This document shows, one piece after another, positions 49,705-59,968 of a stretch of 64,000 nt of DNA. A program made the translations under genes and the position numbers. Under the pieces are notes generated by a model. The model did not search any database. It was not told the origin of the DNA and worked only from the letters and a program-made list of their open reading frames with translations. Every line of letters starts with the position of its first letter. Positions within the stretch are counted from its first letter, which is position 1. The stretch comes from a virus: the IMG/VR virus record IMGVR_UViG_3300005264_000008, positions 1 through 64,000 of that record. One strand, written 5' to 3'.

Positions 49705-50811
49705 ATGTCAAAAGAATACACAAATATTAAAAAGATTATTACAAGTGGATTGGAAGTTGAAAAACAGTTTGCTGATAAAACTCCTACATTGAATTTATTA
49801 TCTGAAATTATGTTTAATAACACAGGATTAAATACAAATGAAATGGACACAATTAAACAAATCCAATTTATCAATACAGTAATAACGGAATTATATAATG
49901 GAGATATAATAAAACCATATCAATCACTCACATTAAAATCAACTATAAATTCAATATTACCCGAAAATATTCCTGTTGATTCTTTAAATGAATTACAAAT
50001 TGAAAATTTATATAATAATTTAGTTGGTAAGGTTAAAACAATGGGGCTATTTGAGCTGTTTAAGGTATGGAATGATAAATATAAATATGTTACTACTGAA
50101 AGCAAAAACAATTCAAAATTATATAATATTATAAGTGAAACAATTGATAAATATATAAACGAAGAAATAGAATCCGATGAATCAAAATTAAAAAAAACAT
50201 ATTACTTACAATATGGAATTGGTAGGTCGAAATATGTTGTGAATTATTATTCTGGTAAAAAAACACATCCAGATGGTAGTAAATTTTATGATATTTCTAT
50301 TTTTAAAAATAAATCTAAATTAAAAGCATTTATAGATAGTTTAAAAAAAGATGGATATATAACAGAATCGCATAATATAAACGAAGAATCGAAATTAAAA
50401 AAGGCATATAATGCATTTTTTGAAAAGGCAATGAAAATAGCTAAAATTAAATCACCTGATGATTTAGACGAAAAAGAACAAAAGAAATTCTTTAATGCTA
50501 TATCGAAAAATTGGAAAAATGGAGTTGGTGCTGTTGACGGTTGGGAAGATACCTTTGAAAAGGCGTTGAATGAAAATTCACAATCAACGTCATCTAATAT
50601 TGATAGTTTGTTAAAATATTATTATTTCAGACCAACTAATATTCCAAATGAATATGAAAATATAAATAGAAGCACTAAAATTATTCATATAAAAAATAAA
50701 CTATTAATTACAGATTACACACCTAAATATAACAGATTTTTAAATAGCACTACAATAAAAGTAACAGATTTAGATAAATATGCGAAACGTAATAATTGGC
50801 AACATGAATAA
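49705..50811 (+). CDS. Modular protein with an internal leader copy
   Basis: Internal KLYNIISETIDKYINE; the frame stays open 42 codons past the TAA, to 50940. Confidence 0.6.
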   Translation: MSKEYTNIKKIITSGLEVEKQFADKTPTLNLLSEIMFNNTGLNTNEMDTIKQIQFINTVITELYNGDIIKPYQSLTLKSTINSILPENIPVDSLNELQIENLYNNLVGKVKTMGLFELFKVWNDKYKYVTTESKNNSKLYNIISETIDKYINEEIESDESKLKKTYYLQYGIGRSKYVVNYYSGKKTHPDGSKFYDISIFKNKSKLKAFIDSLKKDGYITESHNINEESKLKKAYNAFFEKAMKIAKIKSPDDLDEKEQKKFFNAISKNWKNGVGAVDGWEDTFEKALNENSQSTSSNIDSLLKYYYFRPTNIPNEYENINRSTKIIHIKNKLLITDYTPKYNRFLNSTTIKVTDLDKYAKRNNWQHE

Positions 50812-51004
50812 AACAAAAATTCAGACGATACTTTTTATGCTTTTCACTATGAAAAGAAAGACACAGTTTCAGTAGGTGATATTCAGCAAAAAGACGATGG
50901 TTCAGTTAGACGAATTGAACATATTATTAATAACGATTAATATCTTTTTGATGTTGAGTTATAACAGGTTAAAAAATAAAATAAAATAAAAAAAAATAAA
51001 CAAA

Positions 51005-51877
51005 ATGGATAATAATTACTTAGTAGAAAGAAATGGTCACATCATACATTTGAATGATGAAGTGATTATCGAAAATAAAAATAAACGTTTTCTAGCAACA
51101 TTCATACAAATGGATGATTCTGATAATGCAATATTAAAAATGAATGAAAGCGGAAAGCATATTAAAATAAACAGAGTACAAGCACAACAATATTTAAAAC
51201 TAAATGAATCAAATCAAACTAAAAATGATTTGACATTAGTTGATAGTAAAATGTTCTTCGGTGAAATAGCTAATGATATTATTAGTGAAGAAACATCATC
51301 ATTAAAACCGATTGTTGATATAGATGACATATCAAAATATGGTATTAATATAACAGAAAATTTTAATAATTCTGGAAGACGTATTGCGGATATTAAAAAA
51401 TTAGAATCTATATTGTATAATGCTAAAATAATAGCAGAGAAATATAATTTGGACTTACATAGATTAATTACAGAAGGTAAAGATGTATTAGGTGTAGTCG
51501 GGTATGGTATCGAAACATCTTCGGAGTATGAAATTGAAGAATATGCGAATGAAGATGGAATTGAAACCGATAGTGAATTTTGGTCAAAAATTAATAATGA
51601 TATAAGTATAATTGAAAGAAATGTTCTTAAATATCTAAATAAAACTGATTCTGCACGTGATGAAGGTCACAATTCAAATGATGAATTAGTTGGAACATTA
51701 TATATATCAAATAATAAGACATTAGAAATGGTTGAAGATTCTATTGATGATGAACCACGAATGACATCAAAAGGTGATTTTCCACTGGATGATAGTGAGC
51801 TATACAAAGGTGTATCAGATGTTGGTGGCTTGATTGAAGTTTCACTTAACTTTTATAATTTAGAATTAGAAAAATAA
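51005..51877 (+). CDS. Acidic hypothetical protein
   Basis: 290 aa; several LxE/IxE sites; D/E-rich C-terminal half. Confidence 0.6.
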   Translation: MDNNYLVERNGHIIHLNDEVIIENKNKRFLATFIQMDDSDNAILKMNESGKHIKINRVQAQQYLKLNESNQTKNDLTLVDSKMFFGEIANDIISEETSSLKPIVDIDDISKYGINITENFNNSGRRIADIKKLESILYNAKIIAEKYNLDLHRLITEGKDVLGVVGYGIETSSEYEIEEYANEDGIETDSEFWSKINNDISIIERNVLKYLNKTDSARDEGHNSNDELVGTLYISNNKTLEMVEDSIDDEPRMTSKGDFPLDDSELYKGVSDVGGLIEVSLNFYNLELEK

Positions 51878-51896
51878 TAAAATAAAATAAAATAAA

Positions 51897-52208
51897 ATGA
51901 AAATAACAAAGAAACAATTAACAGAAATCATAACTGAGTCAGTACAAAAATATTTGAATGAAAATAAATATAAATCAAACAGTAAAGAATCAAATATTGT
52001 AGATATGTTTTATGATACATGGGCAAAAAATAAACAATTTCCACAACTAAAACAAAAATCAATTGACCCAATTGAAGTGGATTCTACAAATGGAATTATT
52101 AAATTGAAATTTACTATTGATGAGATTTTTAATAACAAAGGTAAAATAGAAAAAATAAAGCCAGAAAAGTACAATATTGATTTGAAATTTGAAATTACGA
52201 AAATATAA
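51897..52208 (+). CDS. Leader-family protein
   Basis: MKITKKQLTEIITESVQKYLNE. Confidence 0.65.
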   Translation: MKITKKQLTEIITESVQKYLNENKYKSNSKESNIVDMFYDTWAKNKQFPQLKQKSIDPIEVDSTNGIIKLKFTIDEIFNNKGKIEKIKPEKYNIDLKFEITKI

Positions 52209-52282
52209 ATAATAAAATGAAAATAACAAAGAAACAATTAACAGAAATCATAACTGAGTCAGTACAAAAGTATTTGAATGAA
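51897..52282 (+). repeat. 66-nt direct repeat (51897-51962 and 52217-52282) encoding the leader
   Basis: One synonymous mismatch; identity stops right after the Glu codon of LNE. Confidence 0.9.
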
Positions 52283-52552
52283 GTTATGGGTTATAATATG
52301 AAAGCAAGTGATAAAAAATTCATATCAAGTTGGATTAATGGTAATCTAAAAGAAGGAGATAATAACCAGCGTTTATCAATAGAAAAAGGTAATATACTAT
52401 CTGGTGTAATGTCTAATTTGGCAAGGATTAAAGATATGGTACTATATTATGGTTATGCATATGGTAATGTATCACAAACATATATTAATTATATTAAAAA
52501 AACAGCAAAACAAAACGGACTTACGTTAAAATACTCTGAAAAAATTTATTAA
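52217..52552 (+). CDS. Leader-family protein
   Basis: Same 22-aa leader as 51897 with an unrelated body. Confidence 0.65.
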   Translation: MKITKKQLTEIITESVQKYLNEVMGYNMKASDKKFISSWINGNLKEGDNNQRLSIEKGNILSGVMSNLARIKDMVLYYGYAYGNVSQTYINYIKKTAKQNGLTLKYSEKIY

Positions 52553-52553
52553 A

Positions 52554-52940
52554 ATGAATATAGTACCATTTCCACATAATAAAACCAATGTATTAAATAT
52601 ACTTGAAGATATAGATGGTAATAAGTTAAATTTGGCAGATAAATTATCTAAGATAAAAACATTACCAACTTATGCAAAAGATTTAAATGATATTGAAATA
52701 AATAAATCATTAGATGAAATAGTTAATATAATCAATCTTGCTGAAAAAGTAATTACTGATAATCGTAAAGAAGATTGGGATAATATGATTGTAAATAAAG
52801 ATGTTAAGCAAATTGAAGAGACAAAGAAAGCATTCCAAAAAAATGTAATCGAATTTAAATTATTACAACAACGTTTATTTGGATTGTACGATGACTTGAT
52901 GTTTAAACTTAATAGATATTTTAACTTTAATGATGAATAA
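52554..52940 (+). CDS. Helical hypothetical protein
   Basis: 128 aa; LQQRLFGLYDDLMFKLNRYF. Confidence 0.6.
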   Translation: MNIVPFPHNKTNVLNILEDIDGNKLNLADKLSKIKTLPTYAKDLNDIEINKSLDEIVNIINLAEKVITDNRKEDWDNMIVNKDVKQIEETKKAFQKNVIEFKLLQQRLFGLYDDLMFKLNRYFNFNDE

Positions 52941-52960
52941 AACGAAAATAATAAAATAAC

Positions 52961-53809
52961 ATGAAACTATCTAAGAAAAAACTAACAACTTTAATTTTAA
53001 ACGAAATTAAAAAGCAAACTGGAAAAAGTTCGGTTAATGAAAATATTGAACAATTGCAAATGCGTAAAGAAATTTCTGAAAATTATGATAAACTAAATAA
53101 CGAAGCATTAGAAGTGAAACCGACTAAAAGAATAGGACGTGGTACATTTAATGTTGTAAGTTTAAGTGGCGGTGAAAGTGGTGAATACACAAAAGTAGCA
53201 CAAAGATTTATTGATATGAATAACCATCTATCTAAAACAGAAACACAATTAAAAGATGTTAATAAAATTTTAGATAAAAAAATAATCGAATTTAAAAACG
53301 AACTAAAAAAATCGAGTGGATTGGATATTGATAGTATTGAAGATAAAGTCAAAACTCTAAAATCACAAGTGAAAATAAAACAAAAAGAACTATTCGACTA
53401 TTCAATAAATAATATATTTGGAAAACTTCGTGATGAAATAGACAGTACAATTGGAATAATAGTTGAAACAAAAAGCTTAACATCACAATTTAATGCACCT
53501 GCTAAAAAAATTGATTATATTAAAATATTAAATGAATTAGTTAAAATAAACGCAGTTAGTCAAGATGTAATAGACAATATTACACAGCAATTTACAACTT
53601 TTGATGATACGAAGCGAAAATTGAAAGAAATCGTCCCTAATATCAATGAAAATAATTTACGAGAAGGGTTATTTAATAAAGTTAAAATGTTATTCGTAAA
53701 CATATGGATTAAAATGAAAAATTCATTTACTTCATTACTTGCATCTACACATTTAAAAAATAAGCAATTGAATAAATCTTTAAAACATATTAACAGACAA
53801 ATAAACTAA
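52961..53809 (+). CDS. Leader-family coiled-coil protein
   Basis: MKLSKKKLTTLILNEIKKQ. Confidence 0.6.
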   Translation: MKLSKKKLTTLILNEIKKQTGKSSVNENIEQLQMRKEISENYDKLNNEALEVKPTKRIGRGTFNVVSLSGGESGEYTKVAQRFIDMNNHLSKTETQLKDVNKILDKKIIEFKNELKKSSGLDIDSIEDKVKTLKSQVKIKQKELFDYSINNIFGKLRDEIDSTIGIIVETKSLTSQFNAPAKKIDYIKILNELVKINAVSQDVIDNITQQFTTFDDTKRKLKEIVPNINENNLREGLFNKVKMLFVNIWIKMKNSFTSLLASTHLKNKQLNKSLKHINRQIN

Positions 53810-53814
53810 ATAAC

Positions 53815-54711
53815 ATGAAATTAACAAAGAAAACTTTAACAACTTTAATTTTAAAAGAAATTAAAAAGCAAACTAAAAAAAGTTTAGTAGTAACTGAATC
53901 AATTCGTGATAAAGTATTAATTGAAAATACAATTAGTAAAATTAAAAATAGTAAATTAACATATTTAAAAAAGAAAAAATATATTAATGCTATTACTGAG
54001 AACATTGGCAATGCAAAGAAAGTAAGTAAATATTTAACAGAAGGCATTGATAAAAAGTTGTTAACATTACAAAAATATCTTACAAAAGAATATGGTAAAC
54101 AATATGAAGATGTGATTGAACATGAATATGATAATACTTATTCATATAATGATGAAGAATATATTGTATTAACCGATAAAGAAGCTGATGAACTTGCAGT
54201 TGAGTACATGAAAGATTTATTAGATGATATTGGAATTGAAGGTACAAATCTAAATCAAGAAGACTATATCAATAATACAGACTGGTTTGATACTGCTATG
54301 CAAGAATCATATGAAAGTTATGTAAAAGAAATTGAAAATGAAAGTGATAATACATACGATAATAGATTAATTGCAGAATTAGTTGAAACTGGTTTGTTAG
54401 ATGATGATGATTTTGAAACTGATGAAGATGGTGATATTGATTATTATAATTTAAACGATGATGTTAATTTAGATGATAAAAGGGAAAAATATATTGAAGT
54501 GTTAATGGATAATTATTCAGATAGTGTCGAATGGTTTAAAAGTAATTTTGGTGATGACGAATTTAATGATATATTAAAAGATAAAGATTTAATAGATATT
54601 GATAGAGTTGTTGACGATATAATCCGCATTGACGGTAGAGGTAGTGTAATATCATCATATGATGGAGCAGAAAACAAATTAAATAACTTTTATATATATC
54701 GAACGAGTTAA
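53815..54711 (+). CDS. Leader-family protein with very acidic C-terminal domain
   Basis: MKLTKKTLTTLILKEIKKQ; ...LLDDDDFETDEDGDIDY...IDGRGSVISSYDGAE. Confidence 0.65.
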   Translation: MKLTKKTLTTLILKEIKKQTKKSLVVTESIRDKVLIENTISKIKNSKLTYLKKKKYINAITENIGNAKKVSKYLTEGIDKKLLTLQKYLTKEYGKQYEDVIEHEYDNTYSYNDEEYIVLTDKEADELAVEYMKDLLDDIGIEGTNLNQEDYINNTDWFDTAMQESYESYVKEIENESDNTYDNRLIAELVETGLLDDDDFETDEDGDIDYYNLNDDVNLDDKREKYIEVLMDNYSDSVEWFKSNFGDDEFNDILKDKDLIDIDRVVDDIIRIDGRGSVISSYDGAENKLNNFYIYRTS

Positions 54712-54732
54712 CAAACAAATAAACTAAATAAC

Positions 54733-54978
54733 ATGAAATTAACAAAAAAAGAATTAACAAAAATCATTTCAGAAGTAATAGACAATCATATCAATGAAGA
54801 TTATGGATGGGATATTAAACGTGGTAAAGAACAGGATGCACTTGAAGATGCAATTGAAATGTTTGGTGAAAAATCAATATTACAACAATTAGTACAAGCA
54901 ATGGGTACAAGTGCATTATCTGATAATCTTTCTTATATTTTTAGAATGAATGATTATGAATCACCATATTTAAAATAA
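54733..54978 (+). CDS. Leader-family protein
   Basis: MKLTKKELTKIISEVIDNHINE. Confidence 0.65.
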   Translation: MKLTKKELTKIISEVIDNHINEDYGWDIKRGKEQDALEDAIEMFGEKSILQQLVQAMGTSALSDNLSYIFRMNDYESPYLK

Positions 54979-54983
54979 CATAA

Positions 54984-55718
54984 TTGAAATCTTCATTGAC
55001 TAAAATACAAAAACATGTCAATATAATATTTGATATTATATTGACACATCATGCACAGGGTCAACAATTACGACACGTTGATAAAGATAATATAATAATT
55101 ACTAAACAAATTATATTGGATACATTGAAATGTTGTTTGGATGATATTATTTCTGATTTATTATTAGATAGAATTGATATTTCTGATTTTATTCGTGTCT
55201 TTAATAAAACGAATGATTTAAATATCATAATAAAGATTGAAAATAATAATGATGATATAATGTTACGTATAATAACGGTAATAATCAAGCGAAATTTCAA
55301 AGATAAGGACATTAAACATGTTTATAATGTCATGTGTAAGACTAATGATTACTCTCGTCTAAGAGAAGATTTAATGCTATTACAGCCGACCTTTAAACGT
55401 ATAGATGAAACTTTTAAAAGAATACGAAACCAAAAATTGCAAAGAATAAAAGGTAAACCGTGTGAAAAAGGCAAGCGTAAAGATTCTGAGACTGGTAAAT
55501 GTATTAAGATGAGTTCGCAGGATAAAAGACGTTATTCAATACAGAATAAGAAAAGTGCTTTGAAATCACGTGGTAAACGAGCATTAACATCAAAGAAAAG
55601 AAAGAAGAGTATGAGTTTACATAAAAAACACATTGGAAACCCATATGAAACTGATGTAGATAAAAGTGAATTAGAATCAGATTATAAGTTTAAAAATTTT
55701 AAACCTTATTCTGATTAA
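54984..55718 (+). CDS. Hypothetical protein with basic gp68-like C-terminal domain
   Basis: PCEKGKRKDSETGKCIKMSSQDKRR resembles ORF 7189-7488. Confidence 0.55.
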   Translation: MKSSLTKIQKHVNIIFDIILTHHAQGQQLRHVDKDNIIITKQIILDTLKCCLDDIISDLLLDRIDISDFIRVFNKTNDLNIIIKIENNNDDIMLRIITVIIKRNFKDKDIKHVYNVMCKTNDYSRLREDLMLLQPTFKRIDETFKRIRNQKLQRIKGKPCEKGKRKDSETGKCIKMSSQDKRRYSIQNKKSALKSRGKRALTSKKRKKSMSLHKKHIGNPYETDVDKSELESDYKFKNFKPYSD

Positions 55719-55720
55719 AT

Positions 55721-55750
55721 AAAAAAATCCCACATAATGTGGGATTTTTT
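55721..55750. terminator. Bidirectional terminator
   Basis: AAAAAATCCCACAT-A-ATGTGGGATTTTTT. Confidence 0.75.
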
Positions 55751-55815
55751 GTTTCGAATAATTATTTTTATATGTAAATTATTAGTAATTTATATATATA
55801 TATATATTCATTTTT

Positions 55816-55983
55816 TTATTCTTTATGTACATATACAATAGTTTCATTTCGAATTGAGTCAGTTATTTCGAATTGTTCATCTTCTGATAAATCTTCCCAA
55901 CAAGTTGATTCATCATACCCCAAATCAACTAAATCTATTGTAGCTTCATTTGTTGAGAGTGTTATACTAAATTGTATTTCCAT
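55816..55983 (-). CDS. 55-aa acidic small protein
   Basis: MEIQFSITLSTNEATIDLVDLGYDESTCWEDLSEDEQFEITDSIRNETIVYVHKE; A-rich leader. Confidence 0.55.
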   Translation of the reverse strand: MEIQFSITLSTNEATIDLVDLGYDESTCWEDLSEDEQFEITDSIRNETIVYVHKE

Positions 55984-56098
55984 GTTATTTTATTTATGTG
56001 TTTATTTTTATTTTTACTTTTTAATATTGGTGTTCCATTCTTTTTTACAAATAACTGAATATTTTCCACATATTACAGATAATATATCTTAAAAAAAG

Positions 56099-58063
56099 TT
56101 AAATTCCAAACATTTTTTCAAAGAATGAGTCTTTCATGTTTATTTTAGTTACTTTCATTTTCGATATTTCTCCTTGATTAACTGCACTTGTAATCATTTG
56201 TTTATAATTAATAGTTTTATAAATATAATAATCAATTGTATCACGAGCTAACATATTATATATATTAACACTATCATTTGTTTGACCAATTCTATGTATT
56301 CTATCAGATGCTTGGTCACGTTTACCAGGTGTCCACGGTTGTTCAATCATTAATAAATCACTTGAACTTGTTAGTGTTAATCCAGTTCCACCAGCTTCTA
56401 TATTAAGAAATATTAAATTTACACTATCATCATTTTGAAATGATTCTACATATTTATGTCGCTGTTCAATATCAATATCACCTACAACAATAGGAACATC
56501 ATAATTAAATTTAGTTGAATAATATTTTTGTAACTTAACTAACGAATCCTTACGAATACCGAATACAACTAATTTTTTAGTTGGATTGTTTATGAAAAAA
56601 TCATTTATCCAATTTCTAATACTATTATACTTTTGTTCTATTGTTATTGTTTGGTATTTTGTCATAAGCATTATACCAATTGCATTTGCAAGATTACTGT
56701 CAATAATATGATTTTCAATTAAAGTATGTATAATATTTTGTAATTTAGAAACACTGTTTTCTTTTGTTTTTTCTTCAGTGGCGGTTTCAATTATTTGTTG
56801 TAATAATATTTTTTCTGCATTATTATATTCTTTATAATTATCTAATTCAGTTTCTATAATTATATGATTTTTAAGTGGTAATTCAGGTAATACATCTTTT
56901 TTTAATCGTCTCATATAACATATTTTCCGTAATTCAGTATTCAATTTTAATAATTTATTAGGATTTTCTTCAATTACATAATTATTCCAAAAATACCAAA
57001 ACCCACCAAATTCATCTAATCGACCAAGCACTGTAAGTTGAGAAATTATTTCAGATGGTGTGCTAAGAATTGGTGTCCCACTTAATAGTAATCTCACATC
57101 AATATTTTTAACTAATTTTTTAATAATTTTAGTTCGTTTTGCTTTGTAATTTTTAATATAATGACTCTCATCAATTATTACTGATTGTATATTAAGTGCT
57201 TTTAGTTTATCAAACATTTTCTCAACTATATCATAATTAATTATATACACATCGGCATCATAATTATTTTCATCTACTTTATACTTGACTTTATTTTTGG
57301 TACGTATTTTTATATTATTGCTATCTAAAATAGAAATTATTTTTTCTTCTTTACTCCATATGTCCCACTCTGTTTTCCAATTATATTTCAATCCATTTGG
57401 GCATATTACTAACACAGGATATGAATCCATTTGAATGATACTTGCAATAGATTCGACTGTTTTACCAAGTCCCTGTTCATCACCGATTAAAATTCGTTTT
57501 TTATTACATATGTATTCAACACCAGCAATTTGAAATGGTCGTAGTGTTCCGTTTAAACCATTTATTTTATATTCTGATTCTTGAGAACTTGATTTTTTGA
57601 ATGACTCATCATATTCAAGAAGTAACATATCAATATATGTTGTGACGGATTCATCAACATCAAATATATCAAATAATTTAGATTTTATAATTGGAATTGT
57701 GATGTTATTAATATTGATTGTCCAATGTTTGTGAGTTGGATTAAATTTTCTAGTTGGAACTTCTTTTATCAGATTGACTAATGCTTGGTCATATGGAAAT
57801 GATGCTACTAATTCATTTTTAGCATTCATATATAATTTATTATTTGTAATATTTTTTTCTTTCGTAGAAACTAAATTCAATGATTTGAATTTAATGTTGA
57901 TTAAATCTTGTTTATGTCGTCTTAATATATGATATAATTGAATTCTATGTGTTAATAATAACAGATTATATTTATTATAATATGATAATATATCATTAAT
58001 AATAGGCTGTTCATATTTAGAATTGAAGTCTATATATTTTATTTCATTGATTATAGTTTGCAT
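56099..58063 (-). CDS. SNF2-family helicase (SMARCAL1/HARP-like)
   Basis: DEQGLGKT, IIDESH, LSGTP, GGTGLTLT, QASDRIHRIGQ; HARP-like SFPYD...RKFNPTHKHW. Confidence 0.9.
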   Translation of the reverse strand: MQTIINEIKYIDFNSKYEQPIINDILSYYNKYNLLLLTHRIQLYHILRRHKQDLINIKFKSLNLVSTKEKNITNNKLYMNAKNELVASFPYDQALVNLIKEVPTRKFNPTHKHWTININNITIPIIKSKLFDIFDVDESVTTYIDMLLLEYDESFKKSSSQESEYKINGLNGTLRPFQIAGVEYICNKKRILIGDEQGLGKTVESIASIIQMDSYPVLVICPNGLKYNWKTEWDIWSKEEKIISILDSNNIKIRTKNKVKYKVDENNYDADVYIINYDIVEKMFDKLKALNIQSVIIDESHYIKNYKAKRTKIIKKLVKNIDVRLLLSGTPILSTPSEIISQLTVLGRLDEFGGFWYFWNNYVIEENPNKLLKLNTELRKICYMRRLKKDVLPELPLKNHIIIETELDNYKEYNNAEKILLQQIIETATEEKTKENSVSKLQNIIHTLIENHIIDSNLANAIGIMLMTKYQTITIEQKYNSIRNWINDFFINNPTKKLVVFGIRKDSLVKLQKYYSTKFNYDVPIVVGDIDIEQRHKYVESFQNDDSVNLIFLNIEAGGTGLTLTSSSDLLMIEQPWTPGKRDQASDRIHRIGQTNDSVNIYNMLARDTIDYYIYKTINYKQMITSAVNQGEISKMKVTKINMKDSFFEKMFGI

Positions 58064-58109
58064 TTTTTTTTAAATTATGTTATTTACAATATTAAATTAA
58101 ATAAATTAA

Positions 58110-59960
58110 ATGCATATGAAATATAAATGGATTGATAATGATGTCGATTATATACTATTACGACCAGATAATTATATTGGGTCTTTAGTTCGTAAGGATA
58201 TAGAAGATGTTATATTCGATAAAGAAACTCATAAATTTAAACCATACACATACAACATATCAGATGGATTAATACATTTGTTTAACGAAATAGTATCAAA
58301 TTCGATTGATGAATTCAATAATAATAAAAAGGTAAAAAATATAAAGATAAATATAAATACAGATGTTGGTAGTATTACTATATCAGATGATGGGAGTGGT
58401 ATAGATGTAAAGAAGTATGAAAATACTGATATTTATATTCCTGAAATATTAACTACTAAATTACATTCTGGTAGTAATTTTGATGATACACAGAAACGCT
58501 CTACAATTGGTAGGAATGGCGTTGGATTGACAATTGTTAATATATTTTCCAAATTATTTGAAATAGAAACTTCAGATGGGAAAAATAAATTCCATATGAG
58601 ATTTGAACAAAATAGTCGATTAAAAGGTGCGTGTAAAATTACTAAAAATAAAAAGCATTATACATCTATAACATATATACCCGACTATAAACGGTTTAAC
58701 TACAAATCAATAACTGATGATATAATTAATTATATGAGAAAAAAAATAATTGATTTGGCTGGGTTATTTTCAGGTATACGATTCACATTTAAAGTAGATG
58801 ACATTGTAAATATTTACCAATTTAATAATATAAAAGATTACTTTAAAATGTTTATAAGTGATACAAGTGATTTTATTTATTATTCCGATGAAAATTGGAA
58901 TATTGGTGTTAGTTACAGCAAAAACACATTTAAACAAATCAGTTTTGCAAATGGAATACGAACTGCAATGGGTGGTTCGCATGTTGAAAAAGTTTTAGAT
59001 AATATATTACCAGTTATTAAACAAAATATAGAAAAGAAACACAAAATACAATTAAGTAATTACTTATTAAAACAAAATCTAAAATTACATGTCAATGTTA
59101 ATGTTATAAATCCAACATATGATACTCAAACTAAAATTAGATTAGATATAAAAGAACTACCCGAACTAAACATTCCAACTACGACATTTAACCAAATTAT
59201 TAATAGCGATTTATTTGAAAATCTTTCTAAATACGCAATTCAAAAACAAAATGAAAAGGAACAACAAGAGTTAAAACGAATTAATAAAAAGTTAAATAAA
59301 GTTAGAATAGATAATTTTATTGATGCAACTAATCGTAAGCGTTTAAATAATACATTATACTTATTTGAAGGTAACTCTGCACAATCAGGATTTTACAAAT
59401 ATCGAAATAATAAACAGGGAGCATTATCATTAAAAGGTAAACCAAATAATATATACAAAATGACTGATTTGGCAATTGCTAAAAAAGAAAAAATTCAAAA
59501 TATATTATCTGCAATTGGATTACAACTTGGTGTTCCTTATAATAATAAAAAATTAAGGTATGGTAAAATTATAATTGGCACTGATGCTGATGTTGATGGG
59601 TATCATATCACAGGGTTATTATTGTCGATGTTTTATCGGAATTGGAAGGAGCTGTTCAATGATGGGCGTATATATAGACTACTAACACCAATTATGGTTG
59701 TTACACATAAAAAAACAAAAAAAATATTTTATACTGAACAGGATTATAAAAAATGGACAAATACAATTAACGATATATCTAAATATAAAGTATCATATAA
59801 AAAGGGATTAGCAAGTCTATCAGATGCAGAATATCAAGATATTATACAGAATCCCAAACTCATACAATACAAAATAGACGATAAATCAGATAATATTATT
59901 GAAACTTGGTTTGGGTTAGATGCTGAATTACGAAAAAAACAAATTATATTACATCATTAA
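58110..59960 (+). CDS. DNA topoisomerase II, GyrB/ParE-like subunit (gp39+60-like)
   Basis: LLRPDNYIGS, EIVSNSIDE, DDGSGI, GRNGVG, FEGNSA, TDADVDGYHI, YKKGLASL. Confidence 0.92.
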   Translation: MHMKYKWIDNDVDYILLRPDNYIGSLVRKDIEDVIFDKETHKFKPYTYNISDGLIHLFNEIVSNSIDEFNNNKKVKNIKININTDVGSITISDDGSGIDVKKYENTDIYIPEILTTKLHSGSNFDDTQKRSTIGRNGVGLTIVNIFSKLFEIETSDGKNKFHMRFEQNSRLKGACKITKNKKHYTSITYIPDYKRFNYKSITDDIINYMRKKIIDLAGLFSGIRFTFKVDDIVNIYQFNNIKDYFKMFISDTSDFIYYSDENWNIGVSYSKNTFKQISFANGIRTAMGGSHVEKVLDNILPVIKQNIEKKHKIQLSNYLLKQNLKLHVNVNVINPTYDTQTKIRLDIKELPELNIPTTTFNQIINSDLFENLSKYAIQKQNEKEQQELKRINKKLNKVRIDNFIDATNRKRLNNTLYLFEGNSAQSGFYKYRNNKQGALSLKGKPNNIYKMTDLAIAKKEKIQNILSAIGLQLGVPYNNKKLRYGKIIIGTDADVDGYHITGLLLSMFYRNWKELFNDGRIYRLLTPIMVVTHKKTKKIFYTEQDYKKWTNTINDISKYKVSYKKGLASLSDAEYQDIIQNPKLIQYKIDDKSDNIIETWFGLDAELRKKQIILHH

Positions 59961-59968
59961 AATAAAAA

